Below, piece after piece: positions 43,759 to 59,210 of a stretch of 64,000 bases of DNA. Each line of letters starts with the position of its first letter. The first letter of the stretch is position 1. Origin of the DNA: Chrysomallon squamiferum (taxonomy: Eukaryota; Animalia; Mollusca). The translations under genes were made by a program, and so were the position numbers. A model generated the notes under the pieces. It saw only the letters and a program-made list of their open reading frames with translations. It ran no database searches and had not been told where the DNA came from. The stretch lies in NCBI GenBank assembly GCA_012295275.1, contig CM022677.1, positions 11,160,001-11,224,000 on the forward strand, in the 5' to 3' direction.

Positions 43759-45179
43759 GCTACTACTACTACTAATAATAATAATTAGTGAAAATTTAGT
43801 ATAAACTTATTATATTAAGTATGAAAGAAAGAAACAAAAAAGAAGAAAAATGTTAATTAAAAAAGAACAAGAAATATTTTGTTTTTGTTTTGTGATTGAA
43901 AAAAATAATACTGAAAATAAATAAATAAAAACTTAAATTTCAATAAATTCTTTCAGTGCTAAAAAAAAGAAGAAGAAAAAAAAGAAGCTTATTTGTATTT
44001 CTGTTGTTCATGAAAATGAAAATCGATATAAATATTAGAATTTAATTGATCTTATTTCCATTATTGAGTGTTCTGTAATGCGTTTTCATCTGTTTTGGTG
44101 ATGTATAATATTAATAAATGAATAGTTCTTATTGAACCGTCTGATTTTATTATTTAAATTTTTTCTATCAGATGCAAAGCCACATGTGAGTTGAAAACAG
44201 GTCTCGATTATGTCATTAGTTTTACAAATCAAAAAAGTCTACCATGTATAAACAAAATTCTGAGATGAAGTGATATAAAGACATTAACTTCATCCTTCAG
44301 CAAGCATCATAATATTATTTTAGATGTCATAATATGCAACAGTTTTGGCAGCCGGAAAATAACAAATGATCCCGAATAAATTTTTCTTTACAAAATGATT
44401 TAAATCAAGATTGATAAAAATAAATTATTTTCATTGTTTGTGTGTGTGGTATCTTAATTCTTCTGTCTTCTTGTGTTTTATTCTTCTTGTTTCTTCTTAT
44501 TCCTGTGTTTATTCATATTTCTTCATATTGTTTTAATGTTTGTGTTTTCTTTTTTAACCTATTTACCATGATTATTGTTTCTTGTTATTTTTCTACATTG
44601 TAGTTTCTTCATAATCTTCTTTTTCTTCTTTTGTGTTCCTCTTTCTGTATTTATTTTCAGATATTTTTGCAAGATTTTATAATATTACAATTTACTTATT
44701 ATTTTTCAGTCTCCGAGTTTCTCTTCATAGTTCTTATTCTTCTTTCTTTTTGTTTCTTCATATTTTAAATTCTTAGTTTTTATTTTAATATTTTTGATTA
44801 TTTATTTATTATTTAAAAAAAAATATATTATTATTATTATTATTATTATTATTTTTTTTTTTTTTTGGAATCTACTGACCATTCATATTCTTATTAATTT
44901 TCTTCTTCATTATTTTTGTTTCTTATTCTTCATTTCCTAGTTTCTGCATATTCTCTTATGTTATCATTATTTGTTATTTACTTATTTTTTCCTGACATCA
45001 CTTAAAATATACAATATTATTCCTTTTAGTTCTTCAGTCTCTTTCTTTTATCATTTTAATTTCTTTTGTTTTTTTGAATTTTGTTATCCTGCTCATGGTT
45101 ATTTAAAAAATTAGAGTTCTTTTTTTTATTATTATTATTGTATGTGTATGCGTATATATTTATATTATTATTATAATAT

Positions 45180-45210
<31 letters not shown>

Positions 45211-47160
45211 TTATTTATTATTTTCAGTCTGTTAACAGCATCTCTATCTTTCTAGTTATTTTTCTACATTCTAATAATTCAAATTATTTTATTTTAATAT
45301 TTATTTATTATTATTATTATTGTTATTATTTTTTTACATGCTAGTTATAATTGTTGTCAGTATTATATTTCTTCTTCATGTTTGTTATTATTCAGTTGTG
45401 ATCAGATGTTTTTCTTTTTCATTGTTTTTTTCATATTCGCTTTTTCAAATGATCTGAGCTCAGAACTTACACTTAGTTACAGCACTTAAGAGATAAAAAA
45501 CTGCACAAACAATATATCTACATTATTCTCAACAGTATTCATTGTTTTAATAAAACAAGTTACCTACTAATATCTCAGATAATTAATATTTCAGTATATG
45601 TTTTTGTTACTAGTGTAGATGTTCTTTCTAATTGAAAATGTGATTCCAATGAGATGTCATATTTCTAGTGTTTGCCAGTGAAAACACTGTTATTTTGATA
45701 TGCCAAGCAGACCTGAACAATAATGAAGTTGTAAACTTGTATTGTTGTTATCAATATATTTTGTTTTCTGAAAATTACTATTATTAGTGATTTTTCAGAA
45801 CAGTATTATTCTGATAACGTGTTTGTTTCTATTAGTCTATTTTAAATAGTTACCAATCATTTGTTAAAAATATTACGTGACAGTTGTATTTATATGTTTT
45901 TATTTTTTTGTTTTATTTTATTATTTACACAGAACTGACATGGGTTTCACATCATCGAAAAAGAAATGGCAGTCAGCACCAAAAACACCAGTACCACCAT
46001 TAGACTGAGGCAAACTGACACCACCAGACCAACCACTGAAAACTCAACTCCTGTGCCAAGCAAGGAAGATATGGATCCACAGAAAAAGTTTGATCATGTT
46101 CTTCTTCTTTTGAATCCAGAGTTTTGGTTGAAAGCAGCCAGACCAAGACTTAAACTGCCACAAGCTTTACCACTTAGTCAGATTTTAATAACTTTAAAAA
46201 TATATCTGTAAATTATGTCTTTGTCTATCTGTCTGTTTCTCTTTGTGTCTGCCTATTTATTTAAATATTTCTATCTCTCTCTGCTTTTCCCTGTGTATTT
46301 CTTTCCTTGAAAATGTTCAGATAAAGGTGTTTGTCTTTCTGAGAATCTGTCTATATGTCTATGTCTCTACTTACTATATACTTATCTGTTTGTCCTTCTA
46401 TAGTTCACTGTGTCTTTATATATCATTTCTTATTTGTTCCTAATTAGCAAGTTTTTAGTTTTCTTTCTTTTTTCTTTATTTCTTCTCTTTATGTTTTTAA
46501 CAATTACTTTCAAATACTTGTAATATTTCTGAAGTATAACAAAGAAAGAAAATATCTTATATAATCTTTCTTTATGTTCTCTTTTGATAATTCTGAATAT
46601 AAATAGCTTAAGAATCAGTTATTTAAATAATTTTAAATTTATTCATAGTCTTAATTTATAAAAATGCTTTTAAAACATGTTTTAGTAGACAGTTGATTAT
46701 TTTTATTTTATTTACTTTTATTTATTTATAAATCTTTCTATCTATCTTCTGTCTGTCTTATATATGTGTCTATCTATCTATCATTTATTTATTTATTTAT
46801 TAATTTTCTTATTATTTTTAATTTATTTAAAATATAACCATACTGAATTACAGAACATTGGATATTTGCATTCATTCTTATTAATCTTTTCATTATTTTA
46901 TTTAATATTATAACCTACTGAATAATTTAGTATTCTATATTTTCATTAATTATTAAAACCTTTATTTTTGGTTTTTTACTCTTTTTTTTACCTTGGTTTT
47001 AAATTTATCATGAAACAGTTCTGGACCCCAGGCTTTTCGAGCTGTGTGTTTGGCAATGTGTTCTAACACAACAGTGATCTTCCTTAGCCTCACCACCAAC
47101 AAAACAGACACTGAGAGTGCTGTGAGTAATCTTAATTATAACTGTTATAAAATGTTTTAT

Positions 47161-47172
47161 AATAATAATAAC

Positions 47173-47212
<40 letters not shown>

Positions 47213-47260
47213 GTGATAATAATAGTAGTGGTAGTAGTAATAATAATAATAGTAGTGGTA

Positions 47261-47329
<69 letters not shown>

Positions 47330-47737
47330 CTTAATAACAAGAAATTATTTTATATTTATATATGTATAACTGTGAAAAACAACTTCTTATTTTTTCTTCT
47401 TCTTCTTCTTCTTCTTATTATTATTACTGTTGCCATTAGTATTATTATTATTATTAGTGTTATTATTAATATTATTATAGTTATTGTTATTATTAGTAGT
47501 AGTATATGTAATTGTCCAGTAGTGTCAATTAGCTACTAATATTGCTACTTCTGCTCCTCACACTGTTATTCTATTACTGAAAAAAATACTAACAGTGACT
47601 TTCAACACACTAAAGCTATTACCAATAACTATTATATATCTATGTACCACTATGTCTCTTACTGCTATTTCTACTGTTGTTATATATTAATTATATTATA
47701 TTTACTACCATTATTACATCTACTACTACTACTACTG

Positions 47738-47830
<93 letters not shown>

Positions 47831-48130
47831 TTACTACTGCTACTACTGTGGTGTCTCCTGTTATTTACTACCTCTTCTTGTTGTATTTACTACTACTACA
47901 CAACCTAAGCTAATTCTACCACAGTTACAACTAGTACTAATACTATGACTAGAACAGTTACAACGAATACTACAACTTTTACCACTATTACTACTATTAG
48001 TACTATTAATACTAAAATTATTACTACTTCTAGTATTGTTACCACTAATAGCATAACTATGAATTCTGCTGCTGCTGTTACTACAACTACTACTACAGCT
48101 GTTGACAATGTTACTACTATTAAAACATTA
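47161..48130. repeat. Trinucleotide microsatellite / low-complexity block ((AAT)n, (ACT)n)
   Basis: Directly visible; explains the poly-N/I/T/L ORFs. Confidence 0.9.
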
Positions 48131-48707
48131 TGATGTCTTCAACTAACTACATTTTAATAATAACAAATCAATTATTTTCTGCTTATGTAGATTCTACATA
48201 TTGATAATTATAATTATTATTATTTGTTATTATTTGTTTTTAATGGCCAGCTGGGATCACTAAATTGTGTACTTCTTTTTTCAATCATCCAAAGATGACA
48301 GCTTTTCATCTGAATGATGCAAAAGTTAACAATCAAACACTTACTGTTGATAGTTAATTTAGATTTTTATATTATTATATCTTATTAACCTCTATCTCTC
48401 TGTGTGTGTGTGTCTATATATATATCTTACACACATGTATTTCAATTTCTAACTATTTAGATTTGACAAAATCTCATTATTATATGTTTTCTTCTATTTG
48501 TTTTTTCTTTTTCTGCTGATAGTTAAAATACAGTTGCCATGTTTCTTTATACTATTTTTCAATTACTTCAGATATTCCAGAATCCAAACCAGACACAAGT
48601 TCTCTGCAGGAATTAAGTCTGAACTCCAGTTGTTTATTAGGTATGTATATTAAATATGTAAAAACTGCTTGTTTCCTTTTTGTCTTTGTTCTCATGATCT
48701 TTGAAAA

Positions 48708-48800
<93 letters not shown>

Positions 48801-48820
48801 ATGATATATTCGTAGGTCTC

Positions 48821-51199
48821 TTGTTTTTCAGAAACTGCTCTGTACACAAGAAGAGCTAATTTAGTGAGTCACCACAGGGTAGAAATATCATCAAAGAATA
48901 TGGCAGAACAGGAGCATCTATAGAGGTTGTTGTTATAGCAGTAGTATTAGTCATTGTTGTAGTAATATAGTTGTTACATCATTAATACTTTAATAATAAT
49001 ACTACTTGTTGTAGTAATGTTGTTTATTTGATATTTGAGTAAAGAAATACAGGCACAGGAGTAATGGTGAAGAGAGTAAAAAAAATCACTTTTATTATTA
49101 ATGGATCGTAATTTTAGTAATAGGAGTATTATTTTAATAACAGTTACCCTAGTTGAATAAGGAATAATAGTAATTTGTAGTTACAGTAATGATGTTAATA
49201 AAAGTAGCATATAGTGTTGTAGTAGCAGTGTTTTATTTATTTTATATTTTTTACAGTATTTTATTTATTTATTTATTTACTCAAACTAGGCAGTGCACCA
49301 CCAGACATGACTCTGATTCAGACATGGACATTGAAGCCGACCACGTCAATTCTTAAGTTGGAGAGTCTTACACCAGTCACCAATCTCAACAGTCAAATAT
49401 CAGGAGAAAACTTTTTTGAAAAACTTGAACATGCTAAAACCAAGGAAAGAAAAACACTGTGCGTGACAAAGACAAAAGGCTTGAAGTTCAGCAGCAGGTG
49501 ACTTAGTAAAGTTCCATTAGCAAAAATTGAGCCAAGAAGTACTGCATTTCATTGTATTTGTATAAAGGAGTGATATTCAGTTATGTGTGAAATCAGTTCA
49601 TAATTTTGTTTAATGTGTTTCTGAATGAAAAATTCTTCTATAGCTTTAATTATGTGATTCAAATTCATCTTTATTTTAGACGTATTTGTTATCTCTCTAA
49701 TCTATTTAGATTTAATTAATATTTTATTTTTAATATTTACTTTATTTTATATATTTATTTTCGAAAATGCTGGCATTCAAAACTTCTCTGCATGTAGATC
49801 ATAAACATTTAAATTAATAGCATCCATCAGATATAGATCTGACCTTCATTCCTTTAAAGAGTCTAACTAGCAGAAGTAATTAGTTTAGATTTGGGATTAA
49901 ATGTCTTTCTTAATTTTTATTTATGAATTTGTTTTTTGTTTTTCTCCATGAGATATATTCCTGACACAGTTTTAGGCTCATCATAAATAATTATTAGTAG
50001 CCGGGATGCCTGCCGGAACAGTCTGCTAGATCATTGCAGAAGGTCAAGAAGAAAGAGGAAATGAAAGAGAGAAATATACTCAGTGAATACAGATAAAACA
50101 AACTGTAAGCTGGAAACCATTTTGAATTTGTTAACTGTGGCTAATCCAGCTTTACTTCCAAAATTGCTAAATAAGTAATCGTGTGCAAGCTGAAAATAAA
50201 TATTTCTGGTTTTGAAGGTGATTTTGAGAAAAAAAACCTGAAGCTGACAAATTCATCTGATACAGTTACTAGCCGGACAGAGGAAATCAATAAAACAGAG
50301 AACTGTTCTGAAGTAAGTGGTCTTGATATCTTTTATAGTAATACTTTTTTTTTTCTTCTGTATGTTTTTGCTGCTTCTTGAATGTTACCATTATATCCAG
50401 TCAGTATTAAAACATTGTTAAAGTATAATTTATAATAATTTTCCATGACTGAAATTTTTCTTCCCAAAGATTTTATCGTGCAAATTAATCAAATACTCCT
50501 AGCCTGAAATAGGTAAAAAAAATAATCATTTAAATAATTTATGTTAAGATTTAGAATGATAAACTTGATGCTCATTTTTTATTTATTGTTAATTTATTTT
50601 TATTTTATTAATTTTTCTTTCTATATTTGTTTATTTAGATAAATCTGGCTAAAAAAAAGGGGAATGTACAAAATCCACAAAATTGCCCAATCTTGAACAA
50701 ATAGTAGGAAACAATGACTCATACATGAAACAAGATAGTTGTTTAAATATAGCTATCATACCACCAGCACAAACTTTGGATCCAGCATTTCAGAGGATTT
50801 TCTTGACCAGCTTGGAAGACCTTTCATGTAATCAGATACAAGACAGATCGGTGGATTTTATACTTATGTGGTTTGCAGGGAAGGGATATTAATATGTTTT
50901 TTTTTGTTTGCTTTTTTTTTTTCTTTATCAGCTCAAATAGCATTTTAAATAAATTATTTAAAAATATATAATAGCAACATGAACAGTAATAATAGCAATA
51001 ACAACAACCATCACCACAACAACAACAACAATAATAATAAACTAAAATAAAACAAAAACCTGTCAAAACCAGTACTTCATTTCTTGATTCTGTTTTATAA
51101 AAATTCCTCGATATTCCTGAAAAATGTTACAAATGCACAGCCATCAAGTTGGTGGTAATTATGTTGTAAACTGCCATTAATCAGGAAGAAGCAGATGTA
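48821..51199 (+). repeat. Direct segmental duplication, copy 2
   Basis: Colinear with 38454-41268 and 42773-42875 with several indels; lacks the MITE fragment, LINE relic and 38-bp minisatellite. Confidence 0.93.
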
Positions 51200-51939
51200 A
51201 TTAAACACAATCGAAAAATACTTATTATTCTATTAAATTTTATTATTGTATCTACAGGAAAGACAAGATTCTGGAATCAGCTTCAGTTACAAGACACTCC
51301 ACTTAACACTTTCTCTTTCTTTCTCATTCATTGTTTGTCATTCTATTTGTGTCTGTGTTTGGCATCTCAGTGTATTTGTCATCTGTTGTTGGTATTTAGG
51401 GTTAGCTGGTGTGTTTGTTTCTGAGTTTCTGTGTGTCTATGTATGTGCTCAAGCTTTCAGCCAGTTGGATTACGGATGTTAATGACACAGTTTGTGGAGT
51501 CCATGTTGAAACATCAGAAACATCCACTAAGTGTTCTTGATTTATCTGATAAAGCTGTGGTTTTTTCTTGTTTATTAATGCATTTTTCTCTTCTTTTTTT
51601 CTTGTTCTTTATTTGTTTTTGTTTGTTTCTGGTTGTTGGTCTAGGTGTATATTTTATATGATGATGCAATTATTATAATTGTAATAAGAATACTTTTTTA
51701 AATGTTATTTTAATTCTGGAGTGAAATCTGACAATCTTTTCCCCCCAATTTTTTTTTTTTTTTTGATATGTTTTTTTTATTTTTTTTATTGTCGTTTTCT
51801 TGAATTTCATTTATAGATAGATAGATAGATTGATAGATAAATCTACATCTCTCTTACTCTGTCTCTGAGTCTCTTTCTGCCTTTTATTATTAATTTTGTA
51901 ATTTTAGCTTTACATATATATATATTCCTGAGAGTGAGT

Positions 51940-52635
51940 GAGTGTATCAGCAATAGTGATAATTGCTACTCAGATAATAGTGCTTGTGTGTGTGTGTGTG
52001 TGAGGGGTATCAACAATAATGATAATTGTTACAACTCAAATAATAGTGTGTATGTCTGAGTCAGTGTGAGTGTATCAGAAATAGTGATAATTGCTACTAC
52101 ACAGATAATAGTGTTTGAATGTGAGTTAACAGCAACAGTGATAATTGCTACTGTGTGTGTGTTGTGTGTGTCTTAGTGTATCAGAAATAGAGACAATAGC
52201 TACTCAGATAATAATGTGTTTGTGATTGAGTGTGTGTATATCAGCATTAGTGATAATTGCTACTCAGATAATAGGGTGTGTGTGTGTAGGTGTGATTGTA
52301 TCAGCAACAGTGATAATTGCTACTCTGTGTGTGTGTTTGTGTGAGTGTGTGAGTGTGTCAGCAATAGTGATAATTGCTACTACTCAGATAATAGTGTGTC
52401 TGAGACTGTTATAATTGCTACGCCGATAATAGTGTTTGCTTCTATGTATCAGCAATAGTGAGAACTACTACTGCTCAGTATAGTAGTGTGTGAGTGTTTC
52501 AGTAATAGTGATAATTGCTAATACTCAGATAATAGTGTGTATGTGTTTCAGTAATAGTGAGAAATGCTACTGAGATAATAGCGTTTGTGTTTGTGAGTGT
52601 ATCAGCAACAGTGATAATTGCTACTCAGATAATAC
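51940..52635. repeat. Degenerate ~45-55-bp minisatellite with (GT)n-like spacers
   Basis: Core gtgtatcagcaatagtgataattgctactcagataatagt recurs about 13-14 times. Confidence 0.85.
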
Positions 52636-55193
52636 TGTATATATTAAAGTGTCCAGCTATTATATATTCTTTTCTTCTTCTTTCTGAATTCTGTTATTTC
52701 ATTGTGAATTTTATTGTTAGTAATATTCTTATTTCATATTTGTTATTACTTTTTTGTTGTTTATATTATGAATATTACTATGATGTATTATTGTTATTAC
52801 TACTACTACAACTACTACTACTACAAATACTACTGTTGTTTCTGTTGCTGTTACAGCTGCTATCCTGCTCCTCGTTCTCTCCTGCTACTGCTACTGCTGC
52901 TACTACTACCACTACTGCTACTACTACTACTACTTGCATTTGTCAGGATCCAGTGACACGGTCAAACAGTGGAATAGCATGGATACTGATGTCTGATTGT
53001 GTATCTGTAGACAAGGCTTTAGATTACTACAACAGAGTAGAGGTATTCCATTTAAATCATCAGTGTTTGATTAATTATATATAAATGTAATTTGATTTAC
53101 CTGCTACTCCAATCTGTCAGCTTCTCTCGCTCTTTCTGTATGCATGTGTGTGTGTGTGTGTGTGTGTTATTGTTACATCTGCCTAGTCTATTAACTGTAT
53201 ATATATTTACCAGTATAAGTCTACAGTAACCTGTCTGTCTGTCTGTCTGATGGTCTACATCATCAACCTACCTATCTATCCAATATCTACTGGTCTCTAA
53301 ATCATTTTACTTGAAACATACATCTATGTATCTCTGTATTCTTTTCTTTTATATTAGTCTATCTTTCTAGCTTTCTGTCTGTCTGTAAGTATGTGACTTT
53401 ATCTAACTTAGTCTACTTATATAATCTATCTATGTGTCTAGCTATGTATATGTACATCTAAACACATAATTTATAAATATCTATCTGTTTCAGCAGATTT
53501 TTCTGTAAATATTTCTCCCAACTGTAGCAGTGATTATTATGAATAATACAAAAAATGTGTTTATTGTTATGGAGGTGGACAGCCATTCATAGTGTAAAGA
53601 ATTAACATTAATGTTGAAGATGTTAAAAGTACAGAACTGGAGGCAAAAGTCAGGTATGGTGATGATGTTTTTTGTTTCTCTCTCACTATCACTAATTTTT
53701 TCCTAGCCTCTTTGATTCTGTCTTTCACTTTCTATCTTTCTTTTACTTTCTTTCTTTCTTTCATTGTCTTTCCCTGTTCATAATGTGTATATGCATAATT
53801 ATGATACCTAGGTGTGTCTGTTGTACATCTGATTAAATTTGGTTTTCGCTTTGATGCTCATGGGAAGGCATATATATATAAGAAAAAAAAAAAAAAAAAA
53901 TGTAATGGTAACTGATAAAACAAAATTAAAAATTAAAAAATATATATATTTTTCATTTGTAATTTTATGTATTGGTAATTTTATGTAATTATGTCAGTTC
54001 TTTTGGTGAAATGGGCAGGAATGAAAGCTTATTTTTAAATAAATGTGAGATTTTTGATAGCCATTTGTTTTACGAACTATACAAATGAATGAATGAATGT
54101 TTAAGGACACCCCAGCATGAAAAATATATCAGCTACTGGGTGACAAACAAAGGTAAATCTAACAATACAAACTATACAAACCAATACCTAATTACATTAA
54201 TATTAAATACTGAAATGTTTTTCTCAGACAAGAAGTGGTGAAGAGGATGAAAGTGAGACAAGCTGAAGATTCAGCTCATCATAAGCTTTTTAATGCTCTA
54301 TTCAACATTTTGTGAGACAGAATAACATGATAAAATATTCTGTTAATTCTCACACACTGATACTGATACTGATGTGCTGATAAAATACACAGACCAAAGT
54401 TTATAAAGGAAATCATATTTTTATTAGATTTTTGTTTTCAAAGTGTGATCTTTATATTTGTTGTTTTCATTGAAGTGTTTTTGATAATATCAGTTATTAT
54501 TTATGTTCTGCACTGTATGTGTTGGGATGTATGTCAGTATGTATGTCAGTATGTCTCTGCACATATGTATGCCTGTATTTGTGTGTGTGTTTTGGTGTAT
54601 GTGTGTGTATATGTCAGTATGTATGTTGGTATGTCTGTGTGGATGGGTGGGTGTTGCCTAAGTGAATGTGTGTCTGTGTTTGTGTGTGTTGTAATATTTG
54701 TATATGTGTTATTTTCTGTGTTTATTTTGTGTCTTGTATGTGTGTGTATTTGAGGGCATGCATTTATGTGCCTGAAAATAAACTCAGCAAATAAAGCATA
54801 AAATCAGTTTATTTAGCAGACTAATGTAATTAATTATCCAATGTAATAATATAAAACATGTGAAAAAATAAGTAAATAAGTAACAGCTTTTTACATTATT
54901 TTTATTGTTTGTTTATAATGCACATGTAATTTGACAGTATCAGTATTATGTTTTTATAGGCATTTTTAATTAATTTTAATATTTTCTGTTGAATTTGACT
55001 TTTTACTTCATTGTTACTGATTCTTGGTAAATATAAAAAAGATATAAAACTGTTTTCAAGGTGTTTTTATTTTAAATTTGTGTGGGAAAATTGTATTTGC
55101 TTTCTTTCTTTATTTCACATAAAGTTTTATTAAAAGAGAGTTATTTCCCTTATGTTATGAAAATTATTATCCATGGTCAGTTGCTCATAATAT

Positions 55194-55196
<3 letters not shown>

Positions 55197-55280
<84 letters not shown>
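55197..55280. repeat. Perfect 84-bp AT-only palindrome (TAA)14(TTA)14
   Basis: (TAA)n switches directly to (TTA)n at 55238/55239 with no spacer. Confidence 0.9.
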
Positions 55281-55290
<10 letters not shown>

Positions 55291-56479
55291 CAAATAAATA
55301 AATAAAATAAATAAACCAGTGATAACAATAACCAAACTGATAATAATTAAAATAATAATAATATTACTTGTAACTAAACTAAGACAAATGAATAAATAAA
55401 TAAATAATATTAATTGTTAATAGTAAAACAGGTTTATTTCTCATTCAAATAAACAAATGTAATTTTCTAAAAATTTTATTATTATTTTTTATTCTACATA
55501 CTCGGGTATTCATTCACACAAAACAGGACAAAATAAAACTGAAATGAAGCTATGTAAACTTTGTGAAGCTAATAAATGTACAAATTTGGAGCCAAGAATT
55601 TTTGAAAATGTAACTCAGTTCTCAATATATAAATACAGTTACTGGAAAAGTTATATTTATGCTTAAATATTAATCAAAAGGAAACAGAGGATTATATATA
55701 TAATGTAGAAGTAAATACAAATTTTCCATTTAAAGTGGAATAACAATTGCTGCTTTTTTTTATCAAATATTTACTTCATGGACGACTCAAAAATGATAAC
55801 AGTTATAATATATTTAAAGATGTACAGAATTAAAAATTATTAACTACATACATGTGTGCATTTGTGTTTATATGTGTGTTTGTGAATAAACTAGCACACA
55901 CTGACACACAACGAAAAACGTTTATATAAATTTCTTTATTAGTATATATCCAATGTGTTGTATATCAATTAATTAGAAAATTCTCTTAAACTGTATTTAT
56001 TATTAATTTATCGCTTGCAAATCAAGCAATATTAATTTAAATTCAAAAGTAATAATAATTGTGTAAATTATCAGTTTATGTCTATTTGAATAAAAATGGA
56101 ATGATTTATTTTTAAAAAGAAGAAAAAATAATAAAATAAATAATATTAAAAATAAATACATAAATAAATAAATAAATAATACAAAAAGTAAAACAGATAA
56201 CCAGACGAATATGTTTACTTAAATATGAAAATGAAAAGAAAAAGGAATAAATCAAATAAGATAAAGAAAAGAAAGCTGCTGTAGAGAAACGTACATCCTC
56301 ACAAAGAATCAGCTCTTAGTCTACATGGAATGTTTACTTGAAATTATTTTATTTAGTCACTAAAATCGAGTTTTCCTGTCATGAAATTTCCAAGATCACC
56401 AGTGTTGTCAGATCTGTAATATTCACAAGAAAGCTCCTTCAAGTATTCTAAATCTATCTTCTTTTCATTGTTCTCATAA

Positions 56480-56544
<65 letters not shown>

Positions 56545-57819
56545 CAACAGCAATAATAATAACAATAATGATGATGATGATAATAAAACTTTGTTACAGC
56601 TGAAACTCAATTTATTCATTGTTCTCATAAAATAATAATAACAATAATAATAATAATAACAATAATAATAATAATAACAATAATGATGATGATGATGATA
56701 ATAATAATCAAACATTATTACAGCTGAAACTCAATTTATTCATTTACACAACAGTACTCACATTAATATATTTTATACTCAACTTGTTAATGTAACCGTT
56801 CTGACTCTAGAAGACTGTAATTATAAATAATAAACTGATAGATAATTAAATGTATCTCTCTCTTCTGTGTCATATAGCCTTTTCTTTTTACAATATTGGT
56901 TAATTAAAGAACTTAGCACCACTTGATATTACGCTGCACATCTAATTATCACTCTAATATGTTGTTGAACAGAAAACCACATTAATGTCTAGCGATCAAG
57001 CCTTTTCACTTTAAAAAAACGTTTATAAAAATGTGGCTTTCTAAGGAATCCGTATGTTGATTTTATTACGTAACTACATTTTAGCTACATTCCATATTTA
57101 TTTAAAGTTTGGGGCGTCTCCTATGCTACAAAATGCTATGACTAAATATGACTATATTCTTTATTATCATATTATCAGAAGCACAGTTTATACAAAGAAA
57201 TTTAAAATCAACGAAAATAACTATTCGTTTATTAATGATATTAGGCGTAACTAAAAACAGACGAAGAAACACAACAGAACGCTCAATAATTGAACTATTT
57301 AAAATCTTAAATTCTAATATTTATATCAATTTTCATTTTCATAAATAAGCTTATTATTATTTTTCTTTAATGATTTTTAATTTTTATTTATTTATTTATC
57401 GTCAGTAATTTGATTTTTCAATCCACACAGCACAAAACAGAACTGTTTTTCTATTATTAACTGAAGCAGTAAGTTAACTTACACGTTACTTTTACAATGA
57501 AAAGAAAACAATACTTTTTGTTCTTTTTTGATTAAGATTTTCCTTTAAAGAGTAAATGAGAGAGAAATAGGTTTGTTGAATGAGAGTATTAAAATAATAA
57601 TAAATATATTATATTTGCATTTTTACGAAAAACAGTAAAAATGCAAATGTATAAAATTTTTGCTGTAAAATGATAAGTTTATAAAATATGAATAATAAAT
57701 ATAAAAATTAACTCATTTTTCATTATCAACAATGGAAAATATTTATATATCCATTTCAAAAATTCAGTTTCTTTCACAATAAACAGCAAAAATCTTATGA
57801 CGTACAATGAACAGTAAAA

Positions 57820-57909
<90 letters not shown>

Positions 57910-59161
57910 ATGAGAAATACTCCAAGAAAGCTAGGAACAACGCCGTTACAACGGCAACGATGATGATAGTAATAATACATTTTTCTAAAGGATTTGATCG
58001 CTAAAGGATTATGAATAATAGTTAATAAAAAGCAAAAGAATAATGGTAAATACACCTAAAACATTAGGAATAACCCCTTCACGACTGCAATGACGGCAAC
58101 ATCAAAAAAGATAATAATATATGCTGATGAGGAATAGACTTTATAAGATAAACTGAGATTAGTAAAATTTGTATTAGCAGTACGTCTGCTTACTTTATAA
58201 CCTTCTCACAAAATTTTATGCCGATAATTTAACAAAGCAAAACGGTTTATCTTTCAGTTGCTAGCAGCAGAGCTACGTGTGTTTGTTTATTCGTGATAAC
58301 GATGCCTAACAGCACCAGCAAACTGTATGTGGCAGTTACGTAATATTTTATTACCTTTATTACAGAATTCAGAGATAGAGAAGGATATTATTTTTCTTTA
58401 AAAATTGAGAAATATAAATAAATGTGCTTTTTTAAAATGTAAAATGTTTCAATGCGTCAGAAAATGGGGATATTTTATAATAAAAGATATGAACGTGATA
58501 TTTTGATAGGATGAATGCCGCGATTTACATACGGAATTTTACTAGAGAAAACCTCAATAGTGAGAAATGTTGAGTGTACACAAGAATCTTGCTACATCGC
58601 AGTTCATTGTCAGCATGCTTCGGTAGTTATAGATTTGTTCGGTATTATTCGTCATTTTCTGGCTACGAACGCGGTCGCATGTAATATGTAAAATTATTAT
58701 TATGATACAGCTGAATGACAAAATTAGTATATTTTTATATAGTTTTTGCCTCGGAAAATGTTTATAAAGGGTAGTCATTTATTGATTTATTTATTTATTG
58801 AAACTACTGTCGTAATCGATACCTGTCTTCAACTCGCACCAGACCGTTTTACTCTTGAACGACGAATGATAAAAGAAAGAATAACGTTGTAAAATAAATG
58901 TTCGCTTATTAATAATAATATTATTTATCTCCAAAACAGACATCGCAGGAAGAAATCCTACTTTCAGGAACTAGGTGTTAGATTCTAATCATGTTTATGT
59001 AAATAGTTTTCAGTTTTACAAACAATGGAAGTTTACTAAACATTTATTTCTTTTTGTTTACAGTAAAGCTGGAGAAGTAGATATAATAATCCTACATCCC
59101 AGTTTGGAAATGTGTTACGGTTTTGTTTTGTTATCTTATAAGTGGATTTAAAATCACCACG

Positions 59162-59210
<49 letters not shown>

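Larger units (their letters stand above)
47019..54315 (+). pseudogene. Fragmentary spliced gene with LRR-like and RRM-like exons
   Basis: AG/GT-bounded exons: 47019-47121 (SGPQAFRAVCLAMCSNTTVIFLSLTTNKTDTESA), 48572-48640 (IPESKPDTSSLQELSLNSSCLL), 51461-51556 (...KHPLSVLDLSDKA), 52947-53042 (DPVTRSNSGIAWILMSDCVSVDKALDYYNRVE, RNP1-like), ~53570-53653 (GQPFIV*RININVEDV...AKVR) and 54228-54315 (QEVVKRMKVRQAEDSAHH...*). The last two join in phase. Domain calls are by eye. Confidence 0.5.

Noticed and set aside
57610-57651. 17-bp inverted repeat with 8-nt loop
   Set aside because: Short, very AT-rich and isolated; no supporting context.
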